Positions 1 to 11,670 of a stretch of 63,820 bases of DNA are shown here, piece after piece. The stretch comes from Felis catus (lineage: Eukaryota), in the NCBI RefSeq assembly GCF_018350175.1, contig NC_058384.1, positions 12,586,181-12,650,000 of the forward strand, in the 5' to 3' direction. Every line of letters begins with the position of its first letter. The stretch's first letter is position 1. Under the pieces are notes generated by a model, which was given only the letters and a program-made list of their open reading frames with translations, was not told where the DNA came from and did not search any database. The translations under genes and the position numbers were made by a program.

Positions 1-454
1 CTCTGCAATATGTAAGAAAGTTTAGACGGGATCCTAAGAGTTTTCATCACAAGGAGAATTTTTTTCCTTCTTTTCTTCTTTCTTTTCTTTTTATTGTGTC
101 TATATGAGAAGACAGATGTCACCTGGGCCTCCTGTGGTAATCATTTCACAGTATCCATAAACCGAACCATCATGCCGTGCTCTTTAAGTTTGCAGTGACG
201 TACGTCAATTATTCCTCGATGAAGCTGAAAAACATAATAAAGTTCTTTATTTAAGGTTTTGCGAACGCAAAGTTATCATCTGGATTCATAAAGTTTCCGA
301 GCCCTTTAAAGCAACGGAGCCACGGGTGCTCACAGAGCTAGTGGGGAAAAATGGAAGGAAAAGTCGGTAACACACAGACACACAGCCACGCGGACACACA
401 CGCCCAATCAGGCCCACGGATGGGGTCTTTAACAGTTAACCGAGGTTCACTTAC

Positions 455-544
455 AGAGCTCCCACAACAAATGAGCATATGGTGAGCATTTGAGAGAGAG
501 AATACATCCTTCCTCGAAGGGAATTTAGGAAGAAAAGGGAATGT
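455..544 (-). other. candidate internal exon (90 nt, unassigned)
   Basis: Minus-strand acceptor cttctcctttttaag and donor GTAAGT; length divisible by 3; no recognised homologue. Confidence 0.25.
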
Positions 545-1657
545 CTTAAAAAGGAGAAGAAATGAGAAAATTAGGGAAGCTCTCTGTGGTTTACCCTTTG
601 TTAAAAATTGCAACATAGGAGCTGATGTCTGCGTTTGGACCTCCGAACTAAGATGCCCTCCTCCGCACGACAACTGGAGAACAACGGGTCTGCGTGCCCT
701 TTAATCCATGACCCCTGGAGATCAAGTTACGTCTTTGAAAGCACTTTTCTTTCTCCGGGCAACTAAATGAATTGAAATTGATGTCCTTAATTGTTTTCTA
801 AATTGCAATTTTTCTCCCCCAGATGTTTTTTATCAGTGTTGAGCCCAATGGGCTCTGTCAGTCACACGGGGAGATGAAGTCATGTGGTAATAAAAGACAA
901 GGGGCTGGGGGAGGAAGGGACATGCCATGCAGTATATTGTCTAATTGAAAAATGCGCCACGTCAATGCCGAGCTTGAAATCTCGGCCTCCCTGAGGGCTA
1001 CTCTCAACAAACAATGCACACATCTTCTGCACTGGAAAGATTAGGCTTCTCCCCTTTCTCCGTTATTAATTCAGGCCAATGCCAGAGTTTCCTTCCTTTG
1101 CCTTTCTCGGGTGGCGTCACCCTACGGGAACTGTGGTCGGAGGTAACAAGTTCTCGAGTGAAAACTTCAGCGTGGGAGGGAAGGCATCAGGGCCAGAGGG
1201 CGGGGGTTAGGCTGACGGCCTTGAGGGACAGCACTGGACCAGGCTCGAACCTTGTAGCCGGGAGAAGAGAGCCGGGGCTCCTAGCCGTGGATGGTGGGAG
1301 AAATCGTTGCTGACGATAACACAACCTGAAACGGAGAGGGATCTTGTGGGAAGGCAGCACTAGGGAAAGTCACAGAGTCTCGGGCGCAGAAAGCAGACCA
1401 CTGAGAGCCGGAAGCACAGACAAAATGGGAAGGGTGCACGTGCTTCTCGTCGCAGGAAGGACAGGGCTGCAGACACGGGGCCCATGGCAGCCCTTGAGGG
1501 AGACTGGAAGGCAAGGAGAGAGCTGATACAGACAAACCTAAGGAAGTGATGGGGAGACCCCTCCCCCAGTTCTCCATTATGGAAAACAGAGAAGCACGGG
1601 CTGACCTACAGAAGTGTGGGTCTAGAAGGTCCTTAGAGATCTTTTCTAGTCTTTTAC

Positions 1658-1720
1658 CTATCCTCATTCTGTGTTCCACTTGACCCCAGTGGCATGAAAT
1701 CAGTCCAGTGTTTGTAGACT
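1658..1720 (-). other. candidate internal exon (63 nt, unassigned)
   Basis: Minus-strand acceptor gttatttcctacag and donor TAG|GTAAAA; length divisible by 3. Confidence 0.25.
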
Positions 1721-1916
1721 CTGTAGGAAATAACTTGTAACCAATGGGGCTTTTACCAGCCCTCACCGTCAGGAAGACCCCCCCTTCTTGTATCAGAAAA
1801 AAAAAAGCTTCTTGTCTCTTGTCCTGTCATCACGGAAGAAGGAGGACACCTGGTCATTGCAGAAGAAGCCCAATGAATCGCTCATTTAATTTTCTGCTGG
1901 TTTAATTGAGCCATAC

Positions 1917-2115
1917 CTCGCATTTGCTGGAAACAGACTCCAGGGACTTCTCCAAGTTCTTTGATTGCACTGGAATCTTGATGAATCAACCTCTTCTTTG
2001 AAATACGAGGACTATTGCCCAAGGTTTGTAATCCTTTGTAATTTTCTTTGTAGTGATGTTTGGAGTAACCAGATTCGAACTGCATGAGACTCAGTGACAC
2101 ATAAACGCCAAAGCT
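1917..2115 (-). other. candidate exon (199 nt, unassigned)
   Basis: Acceptor caacttttccccctag and donor GAG|GTATGG; one frame fully open (overlaps ORF 1882..2100). Confidence 0.25.
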
Positions 2116-2249
2116 CTAGGGGGAAAAGTTGCACGGTAGGAAGGTGTAGATGGTCAGGGCTTTGTCTGGGTTCTAACATTTAACCTTAGCCTTAACCTGT
2201 TTCTCAGAGTTCTTCTCTGGGCTCAAACCAGCGCCATCATCAGCACCCT

Positions 2250-2525
2250 ACCTCTCACCTTCTTGTCCTTCTTCCTCGTCTTTTCCTCCTATTCTCTTTT
2301 CCTTTCTTTCTGACTTCAACTTCCTTTTTCCCTTTTTCTTTTTCTTGCCTCTTTCCTCTCTTCCTCTTTTTTCCCTTTCTTCTGTTCCTCTTCCTTCCTC
2401 TTCCCTTCTTTTTCTTCTTCTCTGGATGTCTTCCTTTTCCTCTTCATTTTCTTTTATGTTTCCTCCTTCACTTTCTTCTTCCCCATCCCTGATCCCTCCT
2501 TTTCTTTTTTTCTCCACATTTTGTT
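2250..2525. repeat. low-complexity polypyrimidine/polypurine tract
   Basis: About 270 bp almost entirely C/T on + strand. Confidence 0.9.
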
Positions 2526-2607
2526 TTGACTTTTCAGTCTGTGCCAAGACTTAGGGAAGTGTTTTTCTTATGCCATCTCGTTTCACCTTGGTTTCAGCCC
2601 TAGATAT

Positions 2608-2658
2608 TTGTTAAAAAAGTTTTTTCGAAACAGAGCACAGGCAGGGGAGAGGGGCATT

Positions 2659-2698
<40 letters not shown>

Positions 2699-2815
2699 AG
2701 GCTTCATGCTCAGTTCAGAGCCCGACAAGGGGCTAGATCCCATGACTGTGAGATCATGACCTGAGCCCAAATCAAAAGTTGGACACTCAACCAACTGAGC
2801 CATCCATGTGCCCCC
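2608..2815 (-). mobile_element. CAN-SINE (older subfamily)
   Basis: tRNA-derived head, (GA)n tract and T-rich tail on reverse strand. Confidence 0.9.
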
Positions 2816-3320
2816 TCAATATTTTTAGGATGTTTAGTATCAGAAAAAATAAGTAATTTATCCATTCACATGGCTGGGTCTCTGATTCCAAATCCATGCT
2901 TTTAATAAAAGCCTCTCTAGGAAGACAATAATAAATATAGGGGGCAGAAAGAGTCAAACAAAATTATAATCATTTAAACGCAGAGCCTGAGAGAAGGAAA
3001 TGATTTTGTACTTGTGAAAATTTGGAATTAATTGGGGTGAGATAACTATAACATCGTGTTATAAGCAATCATTTTTAATGGAAAAATCTATAAAGAAAAA
3101 TAATAGAGGCAAGACAATAATTTGAAATATAGAAAGATCTTTGTGAGAATAAATACTTATTTATTAGATGTCCCTGAAGATCGTCAAGGAGGAATGAATG
3201 TGCTGTTGCAAAGGACTCAACATTCCTCATGAAATGCATATTGGTATTAGGATCAGCTATCTATCAAGTAACAGGGGACCAAATTACAGTTGCTTTACAT
3301 TTTACTAAAAGAAGTCTGGA

Positions 3321-3774
3321 GGGGCACCTCGGTGGCTCCGTCGGTTGGGCGTCCAGCTGTGACTCAGGTCAGGATCTCACAGTTCGTGGTTTGGAGGCCC
3401 GCGTCGGGCTCTGAGCTGACAGCTCAGAGCCTGGAGCCTGCTTGGATTCTGTGTCTCTCCCGCTCTCTGCCCCTCCTGCACTTGTGCTCTCTCTCATTCT
3501 CTCTCTCTCTCAAAAATAAGTAAACATTAGGGGCGCCTGGGTGGCTCAGTCGGTTGAGCGTCCGACTGCGGCTCAGGTCATGATCTCATGGTCCGTGGGT
3601 TCGAGCCCCACGTCGGGCTCTGTGCTGACAGCTCAGAGCCTGGAGTCCGTTTCAGATTCTGTGTCTCCCTCTCTCTCTGCCCCTCCCCTGTTCATGCTCT
3701 GTCTCTCTCTCTGTCTCAAAAATAAATAAACGTTTAAAAAAAATAAGTAAACATTAAAATAGTTAAAAAAGTTA
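3321..3774 (+). mobile_element. felid CAN-SINE, tail interrupted by a second SINE
   Basis: GGGGCACCT head, (CT)n, A tail; 14-bp TSD aaaagaagtctgga at 3307-3320 and 3775-3788. Confidence 0.95.
3530..3738 (+). mobile_element. felid CAN-SINE nested in preceding SINE tail
   Basis: Full head/body; 18-bp TSD aaaaataagtaaacatta at 3512-3529 and 3739-3756. Confidence 0.95.
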
Positions 3775-4746
3775 AAAAGAAGTCTGGAGATCACAGTGGT
3801 TCATTTCATTCTCTTTTTTTACTCTACCATTATCAGCATGTTGGCTTTTGTCCTTACACTTGTACCTCATTATGCTGAAATAGCTGCTGCAGCACCATAT
3901 TTTCACCTCGTTACATTTAGGGATGGAGGAAAACAACTTTTTCTGTGTGGGATGGTGTTTTCTTTTTTTAAAGCAATAACATAGTTACCAGAAGCTTGTC
4001 CCCCAGCAGACTCTCTCTTCCGTTTCATTAGCCAGATCTGGGTCATATGCCAACCTCTGACTGCTGGCAAAGGGAATGTAATGGCAGGTGGGGCCGGAGA
4101 AGGGGCTAAACTTCCCCAAAAGTAGGAACCCTGGGCTTGCTACCGAAATACATTTGGAGGTTTATTAGTAAGTAAGAGGGGCAGATGGCTGTTGGGTAGA
4201 TGACGAACAATGTCTGCTACACCAGTTTGTTCATTTCACAGGGGAAAATGCCTTCCTCAGTTTCCCTCAACGGAAGGCAGACCCATCTGGGATATTTTGC
4301 TTTGAGGCAAAAAAGATGGTGAGGAAACCAGAAACCCATGAAATATTATCATCAGTTTGACTGCTCCTTTCAAACTTTTCGATATTCTGTTAGCATTCTA
4401 GTCTAAATACTAGAACTTTGGGCAGGAAAGTGGAGGAGAATGGTTCAAAAATAAAAAGAAAGGCAAGCTTTGTTTTTTTGAGAGGGAATGGACAAGTGAG
4501 GGGTAGGTATGTAAGCAAACACGTGTCACTTAAGATGGGTGAGGCTTTCCACGTGGCGCATGAAGAAACAGGGCGAACTCTAGTCATGACGAGGGGTGAA
4601 GTGGTCAGGGGCTCCGGAAAGGCCTGAAAGATTCAGAAATAGCATTCTTACTTTTTTGGGTGATCCTGGCCCAGTGTGTCAAGGTCCGCAAAGACACTCT
4701 AATATCCTAGATAGCTAATAATAAGAATGATGGTAATAATAATATA

Positions 4747-4919
4747 GGGGCACCTGGGTGGCTCGGTCGGTTAAGCATCAGACTTTGGCTCAGGTCACCA
4801 TCTTGTGGCTCGTGGGTTCGAGCCCCGCGTCGGGCCCTGTGCCGATAGCTCGGAGCCTGGAGCCTGCTTCGGATTCTGTGTCTCCCTCTCTCTCTCTGCC
4901 CCTCCCCCACCCATGCTCG

Positions 4920-4956
<37 letters not shown>

Positions 4957-4985
4957 AAATAAATAAACATTAAAAAAAATTTTTG
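4747..4985 (+). mobile_element. felid CAN-SINE
   Basis: Head GGGGCACCTGGGTGGCTC, (CT)n, AATAAA tail. Confidence 0.95.
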
Positions 4986-5227
4986 GAAATATAGTTCCTA
5001 TGGTCAGGCATCTTTCTTAGCAGTGTACCTATGTTAAGTCCTTTAGCTGTCACCTGCATTAGAGCAATGATTTATAAGTGGCAGAATGTTGTATGTGTCC
5101 CATGGCTCCTTAACTGCAGTATCACAGGCCTTTTGACATTTAGGGCAGCTGCATGGAGAGCTAGATCCAATGGACGTTTGCCTGTTGGCTCATTTCTTCT
5201 CTAACTCTCATTTCTTCTTCTTCTTCT

Positions 5228-5477
5228 TTTTTTTTTTTAGCGTTTTTTTTTTTAAGTTTTTTTATTTATTTTGAGAGAGAGAGGGAGAGTGTATGTGCAT
5301 ATGCATGAGCCCGGGCGTGGGTGGGCAGAGAGAGACAGAGAGAGAGAGAATCCCAAGCAGTCTCTGAGCTGTCAGCACAGAACCTGACATGGGGCTCGAA
5401 CCCACAAACCATGAGATCATGACCTGAGCTGAAACCAAGAGTCAGAAGCTTAACAGACTGAACCACCCAGGTGCCCC
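5228..5477 (-). mobile_element. CAN-SINE
   Basis: Reverse-strand head ...CCACCCAGGTGCCCC, (GA)n, T tail. Confidence 0.93.
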
Positions 5478-6227
5478 TCTGTCTCTCATCTCTTGATATT
5501 CTTTTTCAGTTTATAGTTTACCAAGGCCACTGTGATCTTTGGTTAGTGTGGCGCAATGCAGCCTCCTTGGGAGGAAGGTGCAGTTCCTTGGGAATGTCTG
5601 TGCTTTTGATTGGTATAGATTCTTCAACTATTTTCCTGTAACTTATTCAATGGCTAATGAACTTGGGTCATTTTCAGAACCACAGCCAAATATCTTAAAG
5701 CTGGCAGCCATAAGTTTGCCTTTTTCCTCCCCTGGAATCCATAATTTCATTACATTATTACCAGCTAGAGCATTCACCAGTCTAGCTCAAACATTTTTGG
5801 ATGTCTTGTCACAAACTGTTCATTGTTAGATTTTTCTGAAGGACCAGCAGCCCTTTTGTGAGGGGCAGGGCCCAGTCCTCCATGACCAGCAGGTTCAACG
5901 CCACTGATGGTCCATCTGGCTGCTGCCATCTTGTCAAGGCCAAGACTAGAATTTAAACCAGGCATTCTAGCTCCAGAGTTCACGTTCTTAACCCTTAGCC
6001 TCTGTTATCCCTTTCGAATCTGTGTTTCTCACCACTATAGTAGAGTACAGAAGTTGTGGCAAGGTTATAAATTCAAGAGCACAACTAACGGGAAAGACCA
6101 ATCAAGACTGTGTTATAGGGGTGAGGAGAATAGGTCGCACAAGGCAAGGATAAATTGGAATATTTGGGGAAAGAAATGAGGGATAGTTCTATTTGGAAAG
6201 GGAACAACGTGGGAGGAGGAGAAATTT

Positions 6228-6457
6228 GTTTTTTTTTTTATTTTTTTAATTTTTTTTTTCAATCTTTATTTTTGGGACAGAGAGAGACAGAGCATGAACG
6301 GGGGAGGGGCAGAGAGAGAGGGAGACACAGAATCAGAAACAGGCTCTAGGCTCTGAGCTGTCAGCACAGAGCCCGACGCGGGGCTCGAACTCACAAACCT
6401 CGAGATCATGACCTGAGCTGAAGTCCGACGCCTGACCGACTGAACCACCCAGGTGTT
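6228..6457 (-). mobile_element. felid CAN-SINE
   Basis: Typical SINEC_Fc-type body on reverse strand. Confidence 0.93.
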
Positions 6458-6901
6458 GCCTTAACCGAGTTCTTTTAAGTTTCCCATCTGAGGTTAGAGC
6501 AGAGTAGGCCGCTGGGGGCTGCCATCCGAAGGGTTCTTTTACTCCTTTCTCACCGTCACTTGACCTCTCTGCCTCCTGGGGACCCTGACAGCGGTACCAG
6601 GCTGCTGTACCAGAGTTCCTTGTCCTGACATGGAGAAAGTACTTTCCAATATCCCAGACCAGCCGCAGTGGATGGAGATTGGGAAGAGGGGCCTTCATCT
6701 AGGGAGCAAGTCTTGTCTACCCAGGGATGTAGGCCTCAGTGGCCACTTGCGCTTATCAGATGATTGACGTGGCCGGCAGTGGGCCAGCCATCCAAAGTCT
6801 TGAGGCCTTACTTCACAATGTAGTAGTTTCTTCTGTCACGTGGAAGGGCGGAATGGACTTCCAGAACCTTGTTTTCCTGGTCTGGTGGTGGACACCATCT
6901 C

Positions 6902-7131
6902 TTTTTTTTTTTTTTAGTTTTACTTATTTATTTTTGAGAGAGCGAGGTAAAGAGAGAGAGTGAACACAAGTAGGGGAGGGGCAGAGAGACAGGGAGAGGG
7001 AGAATCCCAGGCAGGCTCCACGCTGTCAGCACGGAGCCCGGTGCGGGGCTCGAACTCCCAAACCGTGAGATCGTGACCCAAGCCAAAACCAAGAGTCCAA
7101 CGCTTAACCGACTGAGCCACTCAGGTGCCCC
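6902..7131 (-). mobile_element. CAN-SINE
   Basis: Reverse-strand body; degenerate TSD gtggacaccatct / gtggacagaatct. Confidence 0.93.
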
Positions 7132-7373
7132 AGTGGACAGAATCTTTGGGACAGCAATTCCATGATCTCTGGTTAGCACAGAAGCACGCCAGAAGATACT
7201 TTGCTGCATGTATTCATCTGAAGGTCAGATGGAGGCGTGGACCCCCGTGACAGGCTTGCCGTGTGTCCCAGCCACCAGCTTCCAGCAGCCTGACAACTGT
7301 ATTTTCAAGGAGTGAGGAGCCTGTAGCACTTAGGGCATCTCAAGGTACTGCATCTCACGCAAATATTTCTCTT

Positions 7374-7599
7374 TAAATGTTTTTTAATGCTTATTTATTT
7401 TTGAGAGAGAGACAGACAGAGATGGAGACAGAGTATGAGTGGGGGGAGGGGCAGAGACAGGGAGACACAGAATCCAGAGCAGCTCCAGGCTCTGAGATGG
7501 CAGCACCGAGTCCGATGCGGGGCTCGAACTCACGAACCAGAAGATCGTGACCTGAGCCGAAGTCGGCCGCTTAATCGAGTGAGCCACCCAGGGGCCTCT
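7374..7599 (-). mobile_element. felid CAN-SINE inserted in a MIR remnant
   Basis: TSD caaatatttctctt (7360-7373) / caaatctttctctt (7600-7613). Confidence 0.93.
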
Positions 7600-8267
7600 C
7601 AAATCTTTCTCTTCGCAGATAAGAAAACTGAAGCCCAGAGAGATGAGAAGATTTACCAAGCTACGCCCGAGACCTAGGATCCAAGGCTCTTTCCCATACA
7701 CACTCCTGTCTCGGATCAATGACATTCTGGAAATGCAACGGATAACTATGACTGTGGCAAGTAGTATAGAGAAGGGACATTAGAAACCGTGACAAGGGCA
7801 AGCCAGTTTGACTCGGCACGTTGCTTGAAACTGAGGCTTCCTGGATGCTAAATTGCAGGAGGTTACATGCATGGACTGAGCCCTGTTTTGAGGGATTAAT
7901 CTCCTCACCCACAAGAAAGTGAAGAACTCCGCCGTGCACATTTAAGTGCTACTATTCAGGGAACTTGGAGAGGTCATTTACCAAATAGCTCCTTTACCCT
8001 TCCCACCAAGAATTCACTGCTTTAATTGAGGGGAGTGGTTTTTTGGAGAATTGGCCGGCCTGACATAAAGTGGCATTGTAAACTTCAATCGTTTGCTTGC
8101 CGTTCTCTGGGGTTTTACTCGTTTTTTTTTTTTTTAACTAAAAACTTGTTCTGTAAAGGTAATATGAGTTCCTGGTTAAAAAGTTTTTGTGAAATCCAAA
8201 AGAATATGTAAGCGAGAAGAGAATCTCCACCTGAATTCTGACTCTGAGACTTCTAGATCTCTTTTCT

Positions 8268-8488
8268 TTTTTTTTTTTTAATTTTTTTTAATGTTTATTT
8301 ATTTTTGAGACAGAGAGAGAGAGCATGAACGGGAGAGGGTCAGAGAGAGGGAGACACAGAATCTGAAACAGGCTCCAGGCTCTGAGCTGTCAGCACAGAG
8401 CCCGACGCGGGGCTCGAACTCACTGACCACAAGATCATGACCTGAGCCGAAGTCAGACGCTTAACTGACTGAGCCACCCAGGCGCCCC
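8268..8488 (-). mobile_element. felid CAN-SINE
   Basis: Perfect 16-bp TSD tctagatctcttttct at 8252-8267 and 8489-8504. Confidence 0.96.
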
Positions 8489-8747
8489 TCTAGATCTCTT
8501 TTCTAAAGACAACCCCCCCCCCCCGAAGCTTCTTCTGTTTTCCTGTAAGTGTATATTAATAGAAAATGGGCTCTTTTTATACGCACGTTGGCATACCAAT
8601 CTCACTGTATTGTACCTCTGCTTGTCTCGCTTCATGTTTTTCAAAGATTATTACCGATCAGCATGTAGAGATTTATCTCATTCCCATCAATTGCTTTAAA
8701 AGGTCGATGAATTCTAGGCTACCCTATTACGGTTCCTGTCTTTCTAG

Positions 8748-8775
8748 AGCCTGCCAGGTGGCCAAACCCTAAGAG
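8748..8775 (+). other. candidate micro-exon (28 nt)
   Basis: Acceptor ttcctgtctttctag and consensus donor GAG|GTGAGT. Confidence 0.25.
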
Positions 8776-11329
8776 GTGAGTTTAACCCAGCAGATCGCAT
8801 GGATTGGTCCCAGAGGGCCTGATGCTTCTAGGCCCCAGAATCCAGGAGCCCCTCTCCACCACGTAAGCATCCGGGGCGACTGTCCCGTAATGGGATCATC
8901 TGTCCTGCTCTGATTCTCAGATGACCTTCCTGGTGCGGCTTGGAGAAGGGGGTTGGTGGGGTCTTGAGAAGCTGGCTTGTCTTGCATTTGTCTTCTTGCC
9001 TGCTCCGGCCGCGCGGGAGTATGGAGACCGTACTGGGAGATCTCTCCGAGGAGACATTGCGTTTTGCCGGCAGGCAGGCCTCCAGGCCGCTCAGCGGAAT
9101 GTCTTTGTGTCTGTAGCTGCAGGAGGAGCCAGGAGGCTGTGCTTCCGGGCCAAGGGAAACACCACTCCAGACTCAAGACCACGACTTGGCAGAGACTCTG
9201 GGGCCGGCTGAATTTAGGAGAGGGCCCTCTCCTACCTCTTCCATGCCCGAACCACTCTTTCCCACTAACCCTGAGAGGATGGGGTGACTCAAGCTATCTG
9301 GTCTATTCACTTGCCTGGGTGAGATGGATTCCCACCTCATTCTGGTACAGCAGGAAAGGCGAGCGCCTCTTTCCCTCGCTGGGAAGGAAGGAGAAGGCAG
9401 CCAGAGTCGAATCAGACCTCTCGAGAGTCAGCAAGAGGCTTGGTCTCTGCTTAGACAAATAATCTCGAGGAGATCTAAATCCCCTGTTCATTGTGAAAAC
9501 AGACAGTGCCAGAGTAAAACAGAATTAAATTGTTTCTCTTTCATGGCAGCTGAAGTGTAAAAACCATTCTATTCTGACCTTGTGGCAGGAATATCCTGAC
9601 ACCTCATAAATTATCCTAAGGGCTCAGGGCCTGGGGGGTGGGGGTGGGGCTTGGGAAGGCTGCAGGTTCACGCTGCTGTCAGCCCTGAGCACAACAGGCC
9701 TTCCTTCTGGCCTGACAGGCAGGCACCCGTGTTAGGATGTGGAGGAAAGTAGTTTCCTCAAAGTCAGTTTCTTCTGAGTTAGAACAAGGATTTCCCCCTC
9801 CTTTTATGTATTTAGAGTTTGTATGGCCACAGGGCCTATTCCACGGGTGGTTTGTGAAGGAGGCAGGAAAAGCATGGTGATGTCTCCCGAGGCTGACAGA
9901 ACCTCTGAAGTAGTTTTAGAAGCCTCCCATTTTCTAAGGAAGAAAGAGAAAGGGGAAGGAAGGAGAGGACAGAGTGAGAAGGACACAAAAGACGCAGAAA
10001 TGAATTAAAGGGGAAGGAAAAGGAAGGAGGGAGAAGGAAGGGTGGGTGAGGGAAATGGTTTCCATTCAGATAGGGCCTCCCACCGCCACCCCCACACCCG
10101 GTTGGTTATGGGAACCGAGGCCACCTCCTCACAGGATGGAAGTCACAGTCACTTCCTGGCCCCCTGGCCAGCCTTTTCTAGCTCCTACATCCATCTGTGC
10201 CCTACACACAGTAGGTGCTCTGTAAATGTTTGTGGAGTGGAAAGATCCACAGATTGGTCTCCAGAGAGGGAAACGGATGTATTTTGGGAAACTCCAAGTA
10301 TGTAGAACAAAGTCATTTGGAGCAAACAATATTCCTGTAGACTGAATCACCATAAGGTTTAAAGAATCTGGGTATTTGTGGGTGTGTCTGGACATATTGT
10401 GTGTGGGAGCGTGGGTGGGTGGTCTGGACGGGTGGGTAATAAGTGACAGGAGGGCCCTTGGAAATATAAAGGGCTCCATAACTACTGTAAAAATAAAACT
10501 GGGAACAGCATGGCCAGACCTCCAGCCATGCAGTGACCAAACTTGACCTTGGCAGAGATGAATAATATTGTGGAAATGGATTCAAGAATTATTAGTCAAT
10601 GTTTTCAGTCCCTATGGGCTTTTTTTTTTTTTTTTTCCCAGAGAACTGCTGGGTGGTTTTTGGCAAATGACTGCACAGCCTGTAGGATTCCAGAGCCTTT
10701 CGAAGCTCTTTCTAGACTCTGCTATACTGATGTTTTTTTTTCAAAAATTTCTGGTTCTTTTCTTTTCTAATGGGATGTCTTTTCTGGATCCCCCTTTGGG
10801 AAAGGAGTGTGATTTCTCATTTGCTTCTGCTTTTAATTCCTTCCTTGCTTTGAAATTATGTCTTAAGCATTGCTCATAAACAGAAAATAGATCCTCTTCC
10901 TGATTCCTCTGGCCTGGAGAAGAACAGCTCGTTAAAAACCTGTTTACACCGAGCTGCAAAATCGGTCATAATATATTCTCTTCTTCAGCTGCCCCAGGGC
11001 ACAGATACATACTCACTGGGATGCACAGTGTGTTGGTGAAGGGAAGCAGGGCCAAAGAAGTGTTTTGGGGGCTGCGATCGCAGATAACCTGCCAAGAGAA
11101 TATTCTACACTATCCACACCACCACTGTGGGTGCCTGACAAGGTTGAGTTGCTGATACATATCTTCATACATATATCTGCGATCACCCTATCGCAAGCTC
11201 TCATATTTAATTTCGGTGTTTGTTGTTGTTAGAGGAATAGTAGTTTGGAGGGTTGGTAACAGATCCTTAAACCCTGCAGGTATTTTGGGTATTGGGTAGT
11301 AAACAAGTCCTAGAAATAAAGTCTCTTAG

Positions 11330-11670
11330 ATGCTGGGGATTCCATGCTACAGGTATAGAGTTAGGGAATACCATGTACCTTGATAACCACCTTGAATACT
11401 GCATCCCTATTTTCTTTACATATATTTTTGAGGTTTACCTAATCATTCCCCAACTAATCAGCCTAATTCTTGATTCCACATGACCACCTCACTCTTAAAA
11501 TTGCCGTGCACATCTGCCTGTATTTATGTTAATTTTATGTATTTTATTTCCCTCCCATTAGACCTTAATCTCCTTGAGGATAGGAATCAGCGCAATCTTT
11601 ATTCCATATACACAAGTGCCTGGGATTGTTTCGTGAATCCTATGTGTCGTCAATCAATGCACTCTCTGAG
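11330..11670 (+). mobile_element. L2 LINE 3' fragment
   Basis: L2-like motifs such as gaccttaatctccttgaggataggaa; highly diverged, boundaries approximate. Confidence 0.55.

Noticed and set aside
2248-2547. 99-aa Glu/Lys/Arg-rich minus-strand ORF
   Set aside because: Translation of a purine-rich tract where stop codons are compositionally rare; non-ATG start; no splice or homology support
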